The notes: generated by a model not told the origin, from the letters alone. A stretch of 63,630 bases of DNA from Candidatus Bathyarchaeia archaeon (GCA_049515895.1 JBEKTQ010000017.1:1-63630), one strand, 5' to 3'. Counted from the first letter of the stretch, positions 1-10,346 are shown. Made by a program: numbers and translations.

Positions 1-552
1 GCGGTGACATTTACAATCGGCGCGGCTTCAAGTATAACTTGGAACTGGCAGACTCAATACTTGATATCGTTCGTTTCCAATCCTTCGGGCACAGGCACGC
101 TAAGTCCCTCAGGCACAAATGTGTGGGAAAACACGGGGTCTCTTTCAATATTTGCCTCCACAACTTATGTTGGCTACCAGTTCTCTTCATGGTCAGCAAG
201 CTCAAGCAGCATTTCGTTTGAAATTCCATCTGGTTCTTCTACAGTAGCAACGATAAATGGGCCTGGAACGATAACCGCTAACTTTGCAAGTGCACCAACT
301 CCTACCCCGACACCTGTAGCCACGCTTGCTCCAACCAACTCTCCATCACCATCTTCAAAACCATCTTCAACTCCTACGATTACACCGACCACTAAACCCT
401 CATCTTCTCCAACGCAGTCACCGTCTATTGCCAATAACAATGTCCTGTATCTCTCTGGTTTGGCTATCGCAATTGTAATAGTCGTAGTAGTCCTTGCGAT
501 AGTTCTAGCTCTCCGCAAAAGAAAACCAAAAGAAATAAACATTCAACCTTAA
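1..552 (+). CDS. 3' part of a cell-surface protein (divergent InlB-B-like beta repeat, Pro/Thr/Ser linker, C-terminal TM anchor); start lies upstream of the window
   Basis: GYQFSSW-type repeat motif, PTPTP/SPSPS linker, hydrophobic helix followed by RKRK. Confidence 0.7.
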   Translation, partial: AVTFTIGAASSITWNWQTQYLISFVSNPSGTGTLSPSGTNVWENTGSLSIFASTTYVGYQFSSWSASSSSISFEIPSGSSTVATINGPGTITANFASAPTPTPTPVATLAPTNSPSPSSKPSSTPTITPTTKPSSSPTQSPSIANNNVLYLSGLAIAIVIVVVVLAIVLALRKRKPKEINIQP

Positions 553-769
553 AATAAAACTCTTTTTTCTTTCTTTTAAGATCAATCAAAAGGCGATTTA
601 AAAATCTTTTTTGGTACCTTTGCGCGCGCTGCTAACACTTACTTATTTACTTCCTTAAAAAGAGGGCTTTTGTGCGTTGACAGAGCCTTGCAGCGTTGCA
701 GTGAAGGAGACTTTTTCAGTTAGCGGCATATTGGTCATGCTTATTCGTCGCTAAACTCAGATATTAATA

Positions 770-918
770 AACGCTAAGAAACGCAAATGAACGGGGGACA
801 ACGGGAAAGAACGGGAAACAACGAGATGGAACGGGAGAAAACGGGAAAAAACGCAACCTGCAAACGTCTCAAGCCCTAAACCAAAAAGCCACCCCAAAAC
901 ACAAGCAACAAAATTCCG
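770..918. repeat. Dispersed element copy A: 9 units with exact 10-bp period (AACG at 770, 780 ... 850) plus conserved ~65 bp tail
   Basis: Units acgggggaca/acgggaaaga/acgggaaaca etc.; tail caacctgcaaacg...aagccc...aaaattccg matches 28263-28327. Confidence 0.85.
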
Positions 919-1059
919 CCTCAAAAAGCACTTCTCAACTCTCGTTTGCTTTAACCTCTAAAATGTCAAAAATGCCATGCTTTTGAGCTAAATATGTACT
1001 AAAAGCTGATAAACCCCTTTTTTCACTACATCCCCATTTAAGGCGAGAAGGGACAAAAG

Positions 1060-2541
1060 ATAGGCTGCGGTATCTTCGGAGCAAAAAACTTTGAAAATCA
1101 AACGGTCTTTCCATATGTTTATTGGGGTCTCCGCGCCCAGAATCATCGCGGACATCAATCCCACGGCTTTCTCACGTATGACGACAAACAGTTTCATGTT
1201 TACAAAAGCTTGGATTTGGTTCCAAGGCTGAAAAACGAGGCTATACATGAATGGTTTGACCGGTTGCCTGGATCAGTCGGAATCGGAAACGTGCGCTACA
1301 CAACCTCGGGCAAATGCGATGATGCCTCAATTATAGATGGCACCCAGCCAGTAGCCGCCTGTTCAGGAAGAATAAAACTTGCTTTGTCATTTAACGGCAA
1401 CATTGTTAACACTTTGCCTCTCAAGAAAGAAATGGGCGAAAACTTTTCCGATTTCTACTTTAACTGCGACTCAGATGTGGTCTGCCATAAGTTGCTTCTC
1501 GGGCTAAAACAAGGCAAAAACTTAGAATCTGCGGTTCGATCTGTCATGGAAAGCCTCGACGGAGCATTCTCAGTTACGGGACTGACCGGCGACGGTGACT
1601 TTTTTGCCTTCAAAGACCCGCATGGAATAAAACCCTTGTGCGCTGGACACGATCCAGCAGGAGCAACCTACGCGTTCTGCTCTGAAACCGTCGGGTTAGA
1701 TATGAACAGCTTCATCAGGGATTTTGAACTAAACCCAGGCGAACTGGTCACTGCTTCAAAAGATGGCTTCAAACGCATACAAATCATTCAAAATCCCCGT
1801 CCTGCTTTTTGCGCTTTCGAATACGCTTATTTTGCTAGGCCAGATTCAAGGTTTGATGGCAAATACGTTTATGAAATCCGAGAGGACTTCGGAAGAAACA
1901 TTGTTAAAGAGTTTCCTGAAATAGTTCGGGATAGCGACATCATCATGTCAGTGCCTGAAACTGGCGATGACCCGGCAATGGGCGTCCACGAAGAGTCAGG
2001 ACTACGCTGGGAGCGTGCATCTAGGCGGCACCGCTACGTTACCGAACGTGCCTTCATACTTCTTAACACGGAACGATTCTCAACTATTGACAAGAAAATC
2101 AACATTTTAGGTTCCAAAGTAGACGGCAAACGGGTCATAGTAACAGAGGACAGCGTTGTCAGGGGAGACACGACGAAAGTCATCATAGACAAACTTCGAA
2201 GAGCAGGAGCCAAAAAAGTCTACGTTTTCGTCACGTTTCCAAGAATCATCGGCCCCTGCTTCTACGGAATCGACATGTCAACTTACGGGCAACTCATCGG
2301 TTCCAAACACAACGTCCAAGAAATCGCCAAAATTATCGGAGCAGACGGGGTATGCTACCAATCAATTGAAGCATTAGTCAATGCGACAGGTCAAAAAGAA
2401 AATGAACTCTGCATGGCCTGCATAACAGGAAAGTATCCGACGCCCTGCGCTCAAAAAATGGCTGACGCTATGAAAAAGAGGTTCCTTGAAGGCTACGAGG
2501 AAAAGTCAAGAATCTACGAAACCGAAGAAGTCCAGCCGTAA
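1060..2541 (+). CDS. purF: Amidophosphoribosyltransferase; probable ATA start upstream of the ORF-track start
   Basis: In-frame CGIFG (Cys codon at 1066) and QNHRG lie upstream of 1210; VRYTT, CAFEYAYFARPDS, EDSVVRGDT PRPP motif, C-terminal CMAC Fe-S motif. Confidence 0.93.
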   Translation: MGCGIFGAKNFENQTVFPYVYWGLRAQNHRGHQSHGFLTYDDKQFHVYKSLDLVPRLKNEAIHEWFDRLPGSVGIGNVRYTTSGKCDDASIIDGTQPVAACSGRIKLALSFNGNIVNTLPLKKEMGENFSDFYFNCDSDVVCHKLLLGLKQGKNLESAVRSVMESLDGAFSVTGLTGDGDFFAFKDPHGIKPLCAGHDPAGATYAFCSETVGLDMNSFIRDFELNPGELVTASKDGFKRIQIIQNPRPAFCAFEYAYFARPDSRFDGKYVYEIREDFGRNIVKEFPEIVRDSDIIMSVPETGDDPAMGVHEESGLRWERASRRHRYVTERAFILLNTERFSTIDKKINILGSKVDGKRVIVTEDSVVRGDTTKVIIDKLRRAGAKKVYVFVTFPRIIGPCFYGIDMSTYGQLIGSKHNVQEIAKIIGADGVCYQSIEALVNATGQKENELCMACITGKYPTPCAQKMADAMKKRFLEGYEEKSRIYETEEVQP

Positions 2542-2599
2542 GTGCAGGTAGCCTTTAGCCCTGCCTCAACCGTCTTGGCAGTAACACGGTGTAATCTTT

Positions 2600-4015
2600 A
2601 TGGAAAAAATAGGCGTACTCGTAGTTTCCTACGGCGCAAGAGAAGTTGCCATGGCTGACGCGCTGCTTCAAAGCACAAGATACCATGTGGAACTCTACAT
2701 CGCCGACAAGCAACGTAACCCCTTCAACGCGGCAAAAGCAGTAAAACATGCTATCATCCCAAGCCTTGACGTGGCGGAAATATGTAAGTTCGCCGAATCA
2801 AACAAAGACAAAATCGACTTCGTTCTGGTGGGGTCAGAAAGACCCATAATCGAAGGCGTCCGCGACCAAATTGAAAAATCAACGGGCATACCCGTCATTT
2901 GTCCAAAGCAGCAGTACGCTATAGAAGTCAGCAAAGTTGAGCAGCGCCTGCTTTTCAACGAGATAGCCCCAGAAGCGAATCCTCGGTTCAAAGTTTTCAG
3001 CCCCGGCGACTATAAAGGAACTGCGGAAGTCAAAGAGGCTGTTTACCGCTGGCTGGACGAACTTGACAACCAAGCAGTTGTTAAACCCGACAAGCCTGCC
3101 TTAGGAAAAGGCGTCGGCGTCTGGGGCGACCACTTCGCCAACCGCGAAGAGCTTTTTGACCATTTCATATCCAACTTCAAATACGGCAACGTCATAATCG
3201 AAGAAAAAATCGACGGGGAAGAATCCAGCTTCATGGCTTTCTGCGACGGTAAACACTTCATTCCCCTTCCAGACACGCGGGACTACAAACGCGCCTTCGA
3301 CGACGATCGGGGTCCAAACACAGGCGGCATGGGCTCATACAAAGATGCGGATGCCAAGCTGCCCTTCTTGACTGAGGCTGAACGGGAAGAGGAACTGGCT
3401 TTGGCGAACAAGATTTTCAACGGGTGGAAAGCCAAAATCAAAGACGACTCCGCACTCAGAGGTGTGCCGCTCTATCTTGCTTTCATGCATACAGGTCACG
3501 GAATCAAAGTTCTTGAAAACAACAGTCGACCAGGCGACCCAGAAATAATCAACCTGCTTGCGCTAATCCAAGACGATTTTGTTGACGTCTGCTTCAAGAT
3601 GATCGAAGGAAACTTGACAGGAGTCAAAATGGAAAATGCGGCATCTGTGTTGACCTATAAAGTCCCACTTGACTACGGCGGCTACGCAGATGCCTTCCCA
3701 AACCAAGCCTACAGAGCAGAGGCTAACAGTTCGGTTGACCTTTCAAAAGCCCAAGCCCTAACCAAGAAATGCGGCAACCGCATCCGCGTTTACCCCGGCT
3801 CCATGGAAATAAGGAACGGCAAAAACTACGCTCTGAAGTCCCGTGCCGTCGGCGTTTTGGGCATCAGCGAAAGCATCGAAGAAGCACGCAACATAAGCCT
3901 CGAAGGTATTCGAGCAATCAGCGGCGGCGGATTGTGGAACAGAACTGACATTGCCTCAAAGCAACATATTGCCAAAGCTGTTAGCCACATGGCGAATTTG
4001 AGGCGCCGCCCGTGA
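2600..4015 (+). CDS. purD: Phosphoribosylamine-glycine ligase
   Basis: GARE, VVKPD..GKGV, IIEEKIDGEE, DYKRAFDDDRGPNTGGMGS, ENNSRPGDPE. Confidence 0.93.
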   Translation: MEKIGVLVVSYGAREVAMADALLQSTRYHVELYIADKQRNPFNAAKAVKHAIIPSLDVAEICKFAESNKDKIDFVLVGSERPIIEGVRDQIEKSTGIPVICPKQQYAIEVSKVEQRLLFNEIAPEANPRFKVFSPGDYKGTAEVKEAVYRWLDELDNQAVVKPDKPALGKGVGVWGDHFANREELFDHFISNFKYGNVIIEEKIDGEESSFMAFCDGKHFIPLPDTRDYKRAFDDDRGPNTGGMGSYKDADAKLPFLTEAEREEELALANKIFNGWKAKIKDDSALRGVPLYLAFMHTGHGIKVLENNSRPGDPEIINLLALIQDDFVDVCFKMIEGNLTGVKMENAASVLTYKVPLDYGGYADAFPNQAYRAEANSSVDLSKAQALTKKCGNRIRVYPGSMEIRNGKNYALKSRAVGVLGISESIEEARNISLEGIRAISGGGLWNRTDIASKQHIAKAVSHMANLRRRP

Positions 4016-5091
4016 AGCGTATCTTCATTTCCGACTGCGAGGGACCAATCAGCAAGAACGATAACGCCTTCGAGTTGGCTTCAAACTTTATTCCCAACGG
4101 GGACAAGCTTTTCACGAACATAAGCAAGTACGATGACGTGTTAGCTGATGTTCTCCGCAAACCCGGCTACTCTGCGGGGAGCACTTTGAAGCTTATCTTG
4201 CCCTTCCTCAAAGCTTACGGCGTCTCAGACAAGCAGATGCAGGAGTTCTCCGCCAAGAATATAGTTCTAATCGCCAATAGCCAAATCACACTTCGCCACG
4301 TGCAAGCCATAGCCGACGCCTTCATCGTCAGCACTAGTTACGAACACTACATCAAAGCCCTGTGCAAAGCAGTGGATTTCCCGTACAAAAACACGTATTG
4401 CACACGCTTAAGCCTTGATAAATGCGGCATTACTCCAAAGGAAAAAGAGCGCCTAAGAGAGGTAGCCCAAGAAATTGCTCAAATGAACACTATTTACATT
4501 CCGCAAAGGGCAAAAACCACAGAAGATTTTTCAGATAGTGACCGGGCGGTAATTCATCGTTTAGACGAAATCTTCTGGAATGAAATCCCACGCATGTTCG
4601 TTGGCAAATTCCTCACGGACGTCGTTACTGTGGGCGGGGAACAAAAGGCTGAGGCAATCCGAGACGTAGTGAATCGTTTAGGCAAGGAATTGGCTGATGT
4701 TATGTACGTGGGCGACAGCATCACTGATATGGAAGCCTTTAAGCTGGTGCAGGCCGGCGGCGGCTTAACAGTTTCGTTCAACGGCAACAGGTACGCGGTT
4801 AGGAACGCTGAAATTGCGGTTTTGTCAGAAAGTAGTCTTGTCACAGCCGTGATTGCGGATTTGTTCTGCAGATTTGGGAAGGAAAAAACCCTCAAAACAC
4901 TTGGCGGCTGGCGTTTCGAAACGCTCAAAAACAGTGGCGTTGAACCTTCCCTGCTTAGACAGCTTTCGCAGTTGCCTGATGACTTGCCGAAAGCTAAAAT
5001 AGTAACAACACAAAACGTGGAAATGCTCATAAAAGAAAGCAGCGCGTTTAGAAATAAAGTGCGGGGAGTAGACGTTGGGAAGCTCGGGTAA
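4012..5091 (+). CDS. HAD-superfamily hydrolase, EhaR/COG4030-like
   Basis: DCEGP motif I, STSY motif II, YVGDSITD motif IV, SFNGN; GTGA overlap with purD. Confidence 0.75.
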   Translation: MKRIFISDCEGPISKNDNAFELASNFIPNGDKLFTNISKYDDVLADVLRKPGYSAGSTLKLILPFLKAYGVSDKQMQEFSAKNIVLIANSQITLRHVQAIADAFIVSTSYEHYIKALCKAVDFPYKNTYCTRLSLDKCGITPKEKERLREVAQEIAQMNTIYIPQRAKTTEDFSDSDRAVIHRLDEIFWNEIPRMFVGKFLTDVVTVGGEQKAEAIRDVVNRLGKELADVMYVGDSITDMEAFKLVQAGGGLTVSFNGNRYAVRNAEIAVLSESSLVTAVIADLFCRFGKEKTLKTLGGWRFETLKNSGVEPSLLRQLSQLPDDLPKAKIVTTQNVEMLIKESSAFRNKVRGVDVGKLG

Positions 5092-5092
5092 A

Positions 5093-6001
5093 ATGCAGAG
5101 AGTGGAAATTGAGGACACTTACGCTGAAGCTTTTACTGGACTTTTTTGCCGCGTAATTGTTACCGCTGACGATCACGAAATCCTTCATAAGGCTGCTGAG
5201 GATTCTACTGCAACGCCTTCTGTTGTTATCGGTAGGACGGAAGGAGGAGTCGAGAGTTACCTCACTCAGAAAGAAACCCCTGACCAGCGGTTAGGAGCAA
5301 TGTTGCAGTTCTGGGGTGAAATCAACCCTAAAAAGGCCTTCGAACAATCGCTCAAAAAATTTGAGACTGAGCTTTCCTACCGCATTCGCCAAGACATCTT
5401 GGTTAAGCCTTTCACCGCAGTCTATGATGCCTTGCCAAACGCCGAGGGCAAATTGGACATGATGGAGACTGTTGGACACTGCGGCGACGGTTACGAATGG
5501 ATTGAAAAACGCTGCGGCAGAGAAGTTATCATTGTCCCATTGATGGTTCCAGACTTCTCAATTGAGCGTTACTTAGGCTACTGCCGAGGGGTTATGGGCG
5601 GCAACTTTTGGGTACTATGCAAAACCAAAAAAGCCCTAAAGTCGGCAGGAAAGAAAGCCTTAGCCGCCATCCACAATGTTCCCGGCGTCGTTACACCCTT
5701 TGACGTTTGCTCAGCAGGTTCTAAACCTGAAACCCATTTTCCCAAGATTGGCCCCACCACAAACCACCTTTATTGTCCATCCCTTAAGCAGAAGTTAGGC
5801 AAGGAATCTCGTGTACCAGAGGGGGTCAGCTACATAGCCGAAATAGTCTTTGACGGGGTTTCTTTAGAAGCCGTTCGAGAGGCGACCAAGTTGGGAATCG
5901 AAGCAGTTCTGGGCATTGACGGAGTGGTCAAGGTTTCTGCAGGGAACTATGGAGGCAAACTGGGTGACTACAAAATAAATTTGCGGGAGTTGTTTCCATG
6001 A
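5093..6001 (+). CDS. ftr: Formylmethanofuran:H4MPT formyltransferase family protein (Ftr paralog, EhaS-like)
   Basis: IEDTYAEAF, ETPD, GDGYE, GVMGGNF, SAGSK, EIVFDG, SAGNYGGKLG; ATG at 5093. Confidence 0.88.
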   Translation: MQRVEIEDTYAEAFTGLFCRVIVTADDHEILHKAAEDSTATPSVVIGRTEGGVESYLTQKETPDQRLGAMLQFWGEINPKKAFEQSLKKFETELSYRIRQDILVKPFTAVYDALPNAEGKLDMMETVGHCGDGYEWIEKRCGREVIIVPLMVPDFSIERYLGYCRGVMGGNFWVLCKTKKALKSAGKKALAAIHNVPGVVTPFDVCSAGSKPETHFPKIGPTTNHLYCPSLKQKLGKESRVPEGVSYIAEIVFDGVSLEAVREATKLGIEAVLGIDGVVKVSAGNYGGKLGDYKINLRELFP

Positions 6002-6915
6002 CCAAATTTGATGTTGTCGGCTTCGGAGCGCTAAACGTTGACACCCTTCTTAAAGTGGAGAAGCTAGCGAGAGCAGAGGAAGAAAGCTTCGTCGAAGATT
6101 ACACTGAATCCTGCGGCGGCTCAGCGGCAAACACTATTGTTGGGTTAGCTAGGCTCGGCTGCAAAGTTGGCTTCATAGGAAAAGTAGCGGGTGACCGCGA
6201 AGGCAAACTGCAAATTGACTGTTTCAACAATGAACGCGTTGATACGACAGGCATAATTCAGGCAAAGCAGGGAAAAAGCGGTTCAGTTTTGGGTTTCGTG
6301 GACAAGAAAGGTGCAAGAGCGCTATATATCAACCCAGGCGTCAATGACGCAATAGAGCCCCGAGAAATAAATTATGGGTATGTGTCCGAAACGAAGTTTC
6401 TGCATTACTCATCCTTTGTTGGAGAAAAATCCTTTCGAGCGCAAAAGAAGCTCTTAGGTGCCCTGCGCAGCGATGTCAAAATTAGCTTTGACCCAGGTTC
6501 AGTGTATGCACAGAAGGGTTTCGCAGCGATAGAACCAATAATTCGAAGTTCTTATGCCTTCATGCCTAACGCAATTGAGCTTGAACTTTTGACCGGAGAA
6601 GCCGATACCCGCAGAGGCGCAGATTTGATGATTGATGCAGGCGTTAAAATTGTCGCAGTAAAGCTTGGCGACAAAGGCTGCTACGTTACAGACGGACAAG
6701 AACAGCTGAGAATTGAGCCTTTCAAAGTTAAAGTCGTCGACACAACTGGCGCAGGGGACGCTTTCTGCGCGGGTTTCCTCTACGGGCTAATCCATGAGAA
6801 AAGCCTCTTCGAATGTGGACGCTTCGCCAATTTTGTTGCTTCGAGGTGCGTCACTGCGATGGGTGCCCGCGCGGGCTTGCCTTATGCTAAAGATCTACTG
6901 GCATTTTTTGGTTAG
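5998..6915 (+). CDS. PfkB/ribokinase-family carbohydrate or nucleoside kinase (EhaT-like)
   Basis: GGSAAN, GLARLG, FDPG, VVDTTGAGDAF; ATGA overlap with ftr. Confidence 0.9.
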   Translation: MTKFDVVGFGALNVDTLLKVEKLARAEEESFVEDYTESCGGSAANTIVGLARLGCKVGFIGKVAGDREGKLQIDCFNNERVDTTGIIQAKQGKSGSVLGFVDKKGARALYINPGVNDAIEPREINYGYVSETKFLHYSSFVGEKSFRAQKKLLGALRSDVKISFDPGSVYAQKGFAAIEPIIRSSYAFMPNAIELELLTGEADTRRGADLMIDAGVKIVAVKLGDKGCYVTDGQEQLRIEPFKVKVVDTTGAGDAFCAGFLYGLIHEKSLFECGRFANFVASRCVTAMGARAGLPYAKDLLAFFG

Positions 6916-7716
6916 ATTGTCGATTATGCTTTGGAAGATTAGTTTTCCGTCGCCATATTGAAGCATCTGCTGTTTGCGCGTCCAATCGGGTTGCTGCCAC
7001 CAATACATCGCCCTCTCTGGGTGAGGCATAAGCCCAAAAATGTTCCCTTCCCTGTTGCATAAGCCAGCAATGTCATAGAAAGAGCCGTTTGGGTTAGCTG
7101 GGTACTCACCGTCGGCAACTTTACCATCTTTGTCACAATAGCGGAAAACAACCATGTCCTTATCGACTAGTCCTGCCAGCAATTCTTCCTCTTTTTCTTT
7201 TGGAAACAATAGCCTGCCTTCTCCATGTGCAATTGGCATCCTCAACACTTTGCCAGAAGCGATTTTGTTTGTAAAGGCACATTTTCCACGGTTTTCATGT
7301 TTGAGATAAATCCACTGGCACTTGAAGCCTGCTGGCTCATTGTTCGTCAGGGTGGCCTCGGGGTAGGGACTCACTCCTTTGAATCCTGGTAGTAAACCGT
7401 ACTCGACCATTATTTGAAAGCCGTTGCATATGCCCAGAATTGGTCTGCCTTCGTCGATGAATGTTTCCATTTCTTTGCCTAACTTGGCGCTAAGATGCCT
7501 CGCGAAAATGACGCCTGATCGCACATAATCGCCAAACGAAAAGCCGCCTGGAAAAACCAGTACCTGATAATCAAGCAGGTTACGTAGTTTCGCCAGTTCG
7601 TTTACGTGCAAATTGTCGGCTTGGATGCCTAACTCTTGGAAGGCCCGCTGGGTTTCAGCGTCGCAGTTAGTTCCGCCAACACGCATAACACAGACTTTGA
7701 TTTCTTCCTGCTTCAT
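6895..7716 (-). CDS. purQ: FGAM synthase glutaminase subunit
   Basis: GTNCD, PGGFSFGD, GICNGFQ, IAHGEG, NPNGS, GLMPHPER. Confidence 0.97.
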   Translation of the reverse strand: MKQEEIKVCVMRVGGTNCDAETQRAFQELGIQADNLHVNELAKLRNLLDYQVLVFPGGFSFGDYVRSGVIFARHLSAKLGKEMETFIDEGRPILGICNGFQIMVEYGLLPGFKGVSPYPEATLTNNEPAGFKCQWIYLKHENRGKCAFTNKIASGKVLRMPIAHGEGRLLFPKEKEEELLAGLVDKDMVVFRYCDKDGKVADGEYPANPNGSFYDIAGLCNREGNIFGLMPHPERAMYWWQQPDWTRKQQMLQYGDGKLIFQSIIDNLTKKCQ

Positions 7717-10098
7717 TTAAAATTCTCCGCTCAACGTTTTCTTCCAGCTTCGGCGCAGCTCTGCAAGTGAAGCGTCAACGACAACTTTCATGTTTAGCCC
7801 GTTGACGACCAGTCGCTCGTCTTTGGTTACTTTGCCGATTTGGGCGCAAATTTTGTCTTTCATTTGTGCCTCAAAGTCTTCTCTGTCCTGCTCTGACACT
7901 TCGAGCAAGAAGCGGCTGTTGGACTCGGAAAACAATACAAAATCGTTACGCTCCAGGTCTCTGCCAGGAACTTTGCTTAAATCCAGCTGCAAACCGTAGC
8001 CGCCAGCAAAAGCCATTTCCGCCGCCGCCACCGCCAACCCGCCTTCGGAAAGGTCATGACATGACCTGATTAAACCCGAGTCTATGGACTTAGTTACTGC
8101 TCTAAATGTACGCTTGGCTTTGGCACCCTTAACTTTGGGAACGCTCGCGCCCAGGCAACCTTTGAGCTTGTAGTATTCCGAGCCTCCAAGCTCGTTGAAG
8201 GTTTCGCCTGTAATGTAAAGCAGGTTGCCTGGCGCTTTCAAATCCATTGAAGTGACAAATTGGAGATTTGGAACAACGCCTATCGCCGTAATAAGCAGCG
8301 TCGGCGTAACTGGACCCATCGGGGATTCGTTGTAAAGGCTGTCTTTACCTGAGATGAACGGTGTCTTAAACGCCACGGCAAAGTCAAAGCACGCTTCACA
8401 AGCTCGAACCAACGAGCCTAAACGCTCTGACTTCTCAGGGTTACCCCACGTAAAATTGTCAAGCAATGCAATTCTTCTTCCCCCCACCGCAACGTTGTTT
8501 CTCACTGCTTCGTCAATGGCTGAAGCTGCCATCCAATACGGGTCGATTTTGCCGTAATTCGGGTTCATGCCGCATGAAATCGCTAAGCCTTTCCAAGAAT
8601 TGTCAAGCGGTTTAAGGACGGTTGCGTCATTTGGACCAGCGTAGGCTCCTTGCAGAGGTTTAAGCGTTGTGTTGCCTTTGACTTCGTGGTCATAAGTGCG
8701 TATAATGCTTTCTTTGCTGGCGATGTTTGGTGCAGCAAGCAGCTGAAGCAGCGCTTCAGTCAGGTTTTCAGGAGCTGGAAACCGAGGTTCCGTGAAGGTT
8801 TGAGTTTCTATAGTTGCTGTTTTCATGCTTTTGCAAGGATTAAACAGGAAAGCCATGTCCATGTCAGCAACTGTCTCGCCGTTGAAATGGAGTTCTAGAC
8901 GGCGTTCAGCCGTGAGCCTGCCTATCGCCGTTGCCTCAACATCCTCTTTCGCAAAAACCGTCTTAACCCGCTCCAGGTTTTCAGGCGGAACAGTTATCAG
9001 CATTCTCTCTTGTGATTCTGAAATGTAAATTTCCCAGGGCGCTAAACCGCGATGTTTCAGCGGCACCTTGTCAAGGTCGATAGTTACTCCGCAGTTGAAT
9101 CTTTCTGCTGTCTCGCCTACGGCTGATGATAATCCGCCTCCGCCAAGGTCAGTTGTCGCCGACGCAAGTTGCAAGTCGCGGATTTCTATTAACGCCCGTT
9201 TCACTTTCTCTTCTTCAATGGGGTCGGCGATTTGCACTGCTGGACGGGAGATTTCCTCTGATTTCTCGGTCAATTCCGCGGAGGCGAAGGTAACGCCGTG
9301 GATCCCGTCGCGTCCCGTTTTTCCACCGGCCAAAACCACAATGTGTTCGGGCTTGGCGTTTTTTGTAAATTTTGCAAGAGGTAAGAGTCCTATGCATCCG
9401 CAATATACGATGACGTTGCCAGTGTAGCTTTCGTCAAAGTAAATGGCTCCGTTGACGGTGGGGATTCCCATGTTGTTTCCGTAGGCGCTTATGCCCGCCG
9501 TGACGCCCATGTAAACGTATTTTGGGTGCTTCACGCCAGCGGGAAGCTTGCTGTAATCGTAGTCGAGTGGTCCGAAGCCTAAAACGTCCGTGCAAGCAAT
9601 CGGGTCTGCCCAAACGCCTAGGATGTCTCTAATTACGCCGCCGACACCGGTGGCTGCTCCGCCGAAGGGTTCCACAGCGGATGGGTGGTTATGCGTTTCA
9701 ACTTTTGCCGCTATGCCGTAGCCTTGGTCGAAGCGGACGATGCCCGCGTTGTCTTCGAAGACGCTGAAGCACCATGGCGCCTTGATTTGTTTGGTGGCTT
9801 TTGCGATGTAGGTTTTGAAAAGGCTGTCAATTTCTTTTCCATCAAGAAGGATTTTTCCTTTGAAGGTCTTATGGTAGCAATGTTCTGACCATGTTTGACT
9901 GATTGTTTGCAGCTCCACGTCGGTAGGATTTCTTCCTTCGCATTTGAAGTACATTTGGATGCTCTTCATTTCTTCAAGGCTTAAGCCCAACGCTAATTCG
10001 TTGCTGGCTTCAGCAAGTTGCTGGTCGCTGGCATTGGCTAAAGCTGCTTCATAGAGAGCATAGTTCGTTTTGCGCGGCTGGTAAATGTCCGAGTTCAT
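7717..10098 (-). CDS. purL: FGAM synthase subunit PurL
   Basis: WSEHCYHK, ETHNHPS, GAATGVGG, SESQERM, SGKDSLYN. Confidence 0.97.
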   Translation of the reverse strand: MNSDIYQPRKTNYALYEAALANASDQQLAEASNELALGLSLEEMKSIQMYFKCEGRNPTDVELQTISQTWSEHCYHKTFKGKILLDGKEIDSLFKTYIAKATKQIKAPWCFSVFEDNAGIVRFDQGYGIAAKVETHNHPSAVEPFGGAATGVGGVIRDILGVWADPIACTDVLGFGPLDYDYSKLPAGVKHPKYVYMGVTAGISAYGNNMGIPTVNGAIYFDESYTGNVIVYCGCIGLLPLAKFTKNAKPEHIVVLAGGKTGRDGIHGVTFASAELTEKSEEISRPAVQIADPIEEEKVKRALIEIRDLQLASATTDLGGGGLSSAVGETAERFNCGVTIDLDKVPLKHRGLAPWEIYISESQERMLITVPPENLERVKTVFAKEDVEATAIGRLTAERRLELHFNGETVADMDMAFLFNPCKSMKTATIETQTFTEPRFPAPENLTEALLQLLAAPNIASKESIIRTYDHEVKGNTTLKPLQGAYAGPNDATVLKPLDNSWKGLAISCGMNPNYGKIDPYWMAASAIDEAVRNNVAVGGRRIALLDNFTWGNPEKSERLGSLVRACEACFDFAVAFKTPFISGKDSLYNESPMGPVTPTLLITAIGVVPNLQFVTSMDLKAPGNLLYITGETFNELGGSEYYKLKGCLGASVPKVKGAKAKRTFRAVTKSIDSGLIRSCHDLSEGGLAVAAAEMAFAGGYGLQLDLSKVPGRDLERNDFVLFSESNSRFLLEVSEQDREDFEAQMKDKICAQIGKVTKDERLVVNGLNMKVVVDASLAELRRSWKKTLSGEF

Positions 10099-10346
10099 TG
10101 CCGCTCCTCAAGAGTTACAGTGTAGTTGTCTTTGGTTGGGTTTGCGAGAAGGCGTTTGCTCATCTCTTCCGTTTTCGTCTTTGCTTCTTTAATTGTTGCT
10201 GCGTCAAGTGTGACGGTGTAGACTTTGCTTACGTCTACAGCTTCTACTTTGTAGCCGAGTTCGTTTAGCAGACGAGCTGTTGTTTCTCCTTCAGGGTTGC
10301 TATGGCCTGGTTTGAGGCTAACTTCGATTTTGGCTCGGTATTTCAT
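10095..10346 (-). CDS. purS: FGAM synthase subunit PurS
   Basis: LKPG..NPEG and LLANP motifs, 83 aa, overlaps the purL start. Confidence 0.92.
   Translation of the reverse strand: MKYRAKIEVSLKPGHSNPEGETTARLLNELGYKVEAVDVSKVYTVTLDAATIKEAKTKTEEMSKRLLANPTKDNYTVTLEERQ

Noticed and set aside
770-853. 10-bp arrays (here and at 28189) as CRISPR or coding repeats
   Set aside because: Units are too short, there are no unique spacers, and a period of 10 is incompatible with a peptide repeat.
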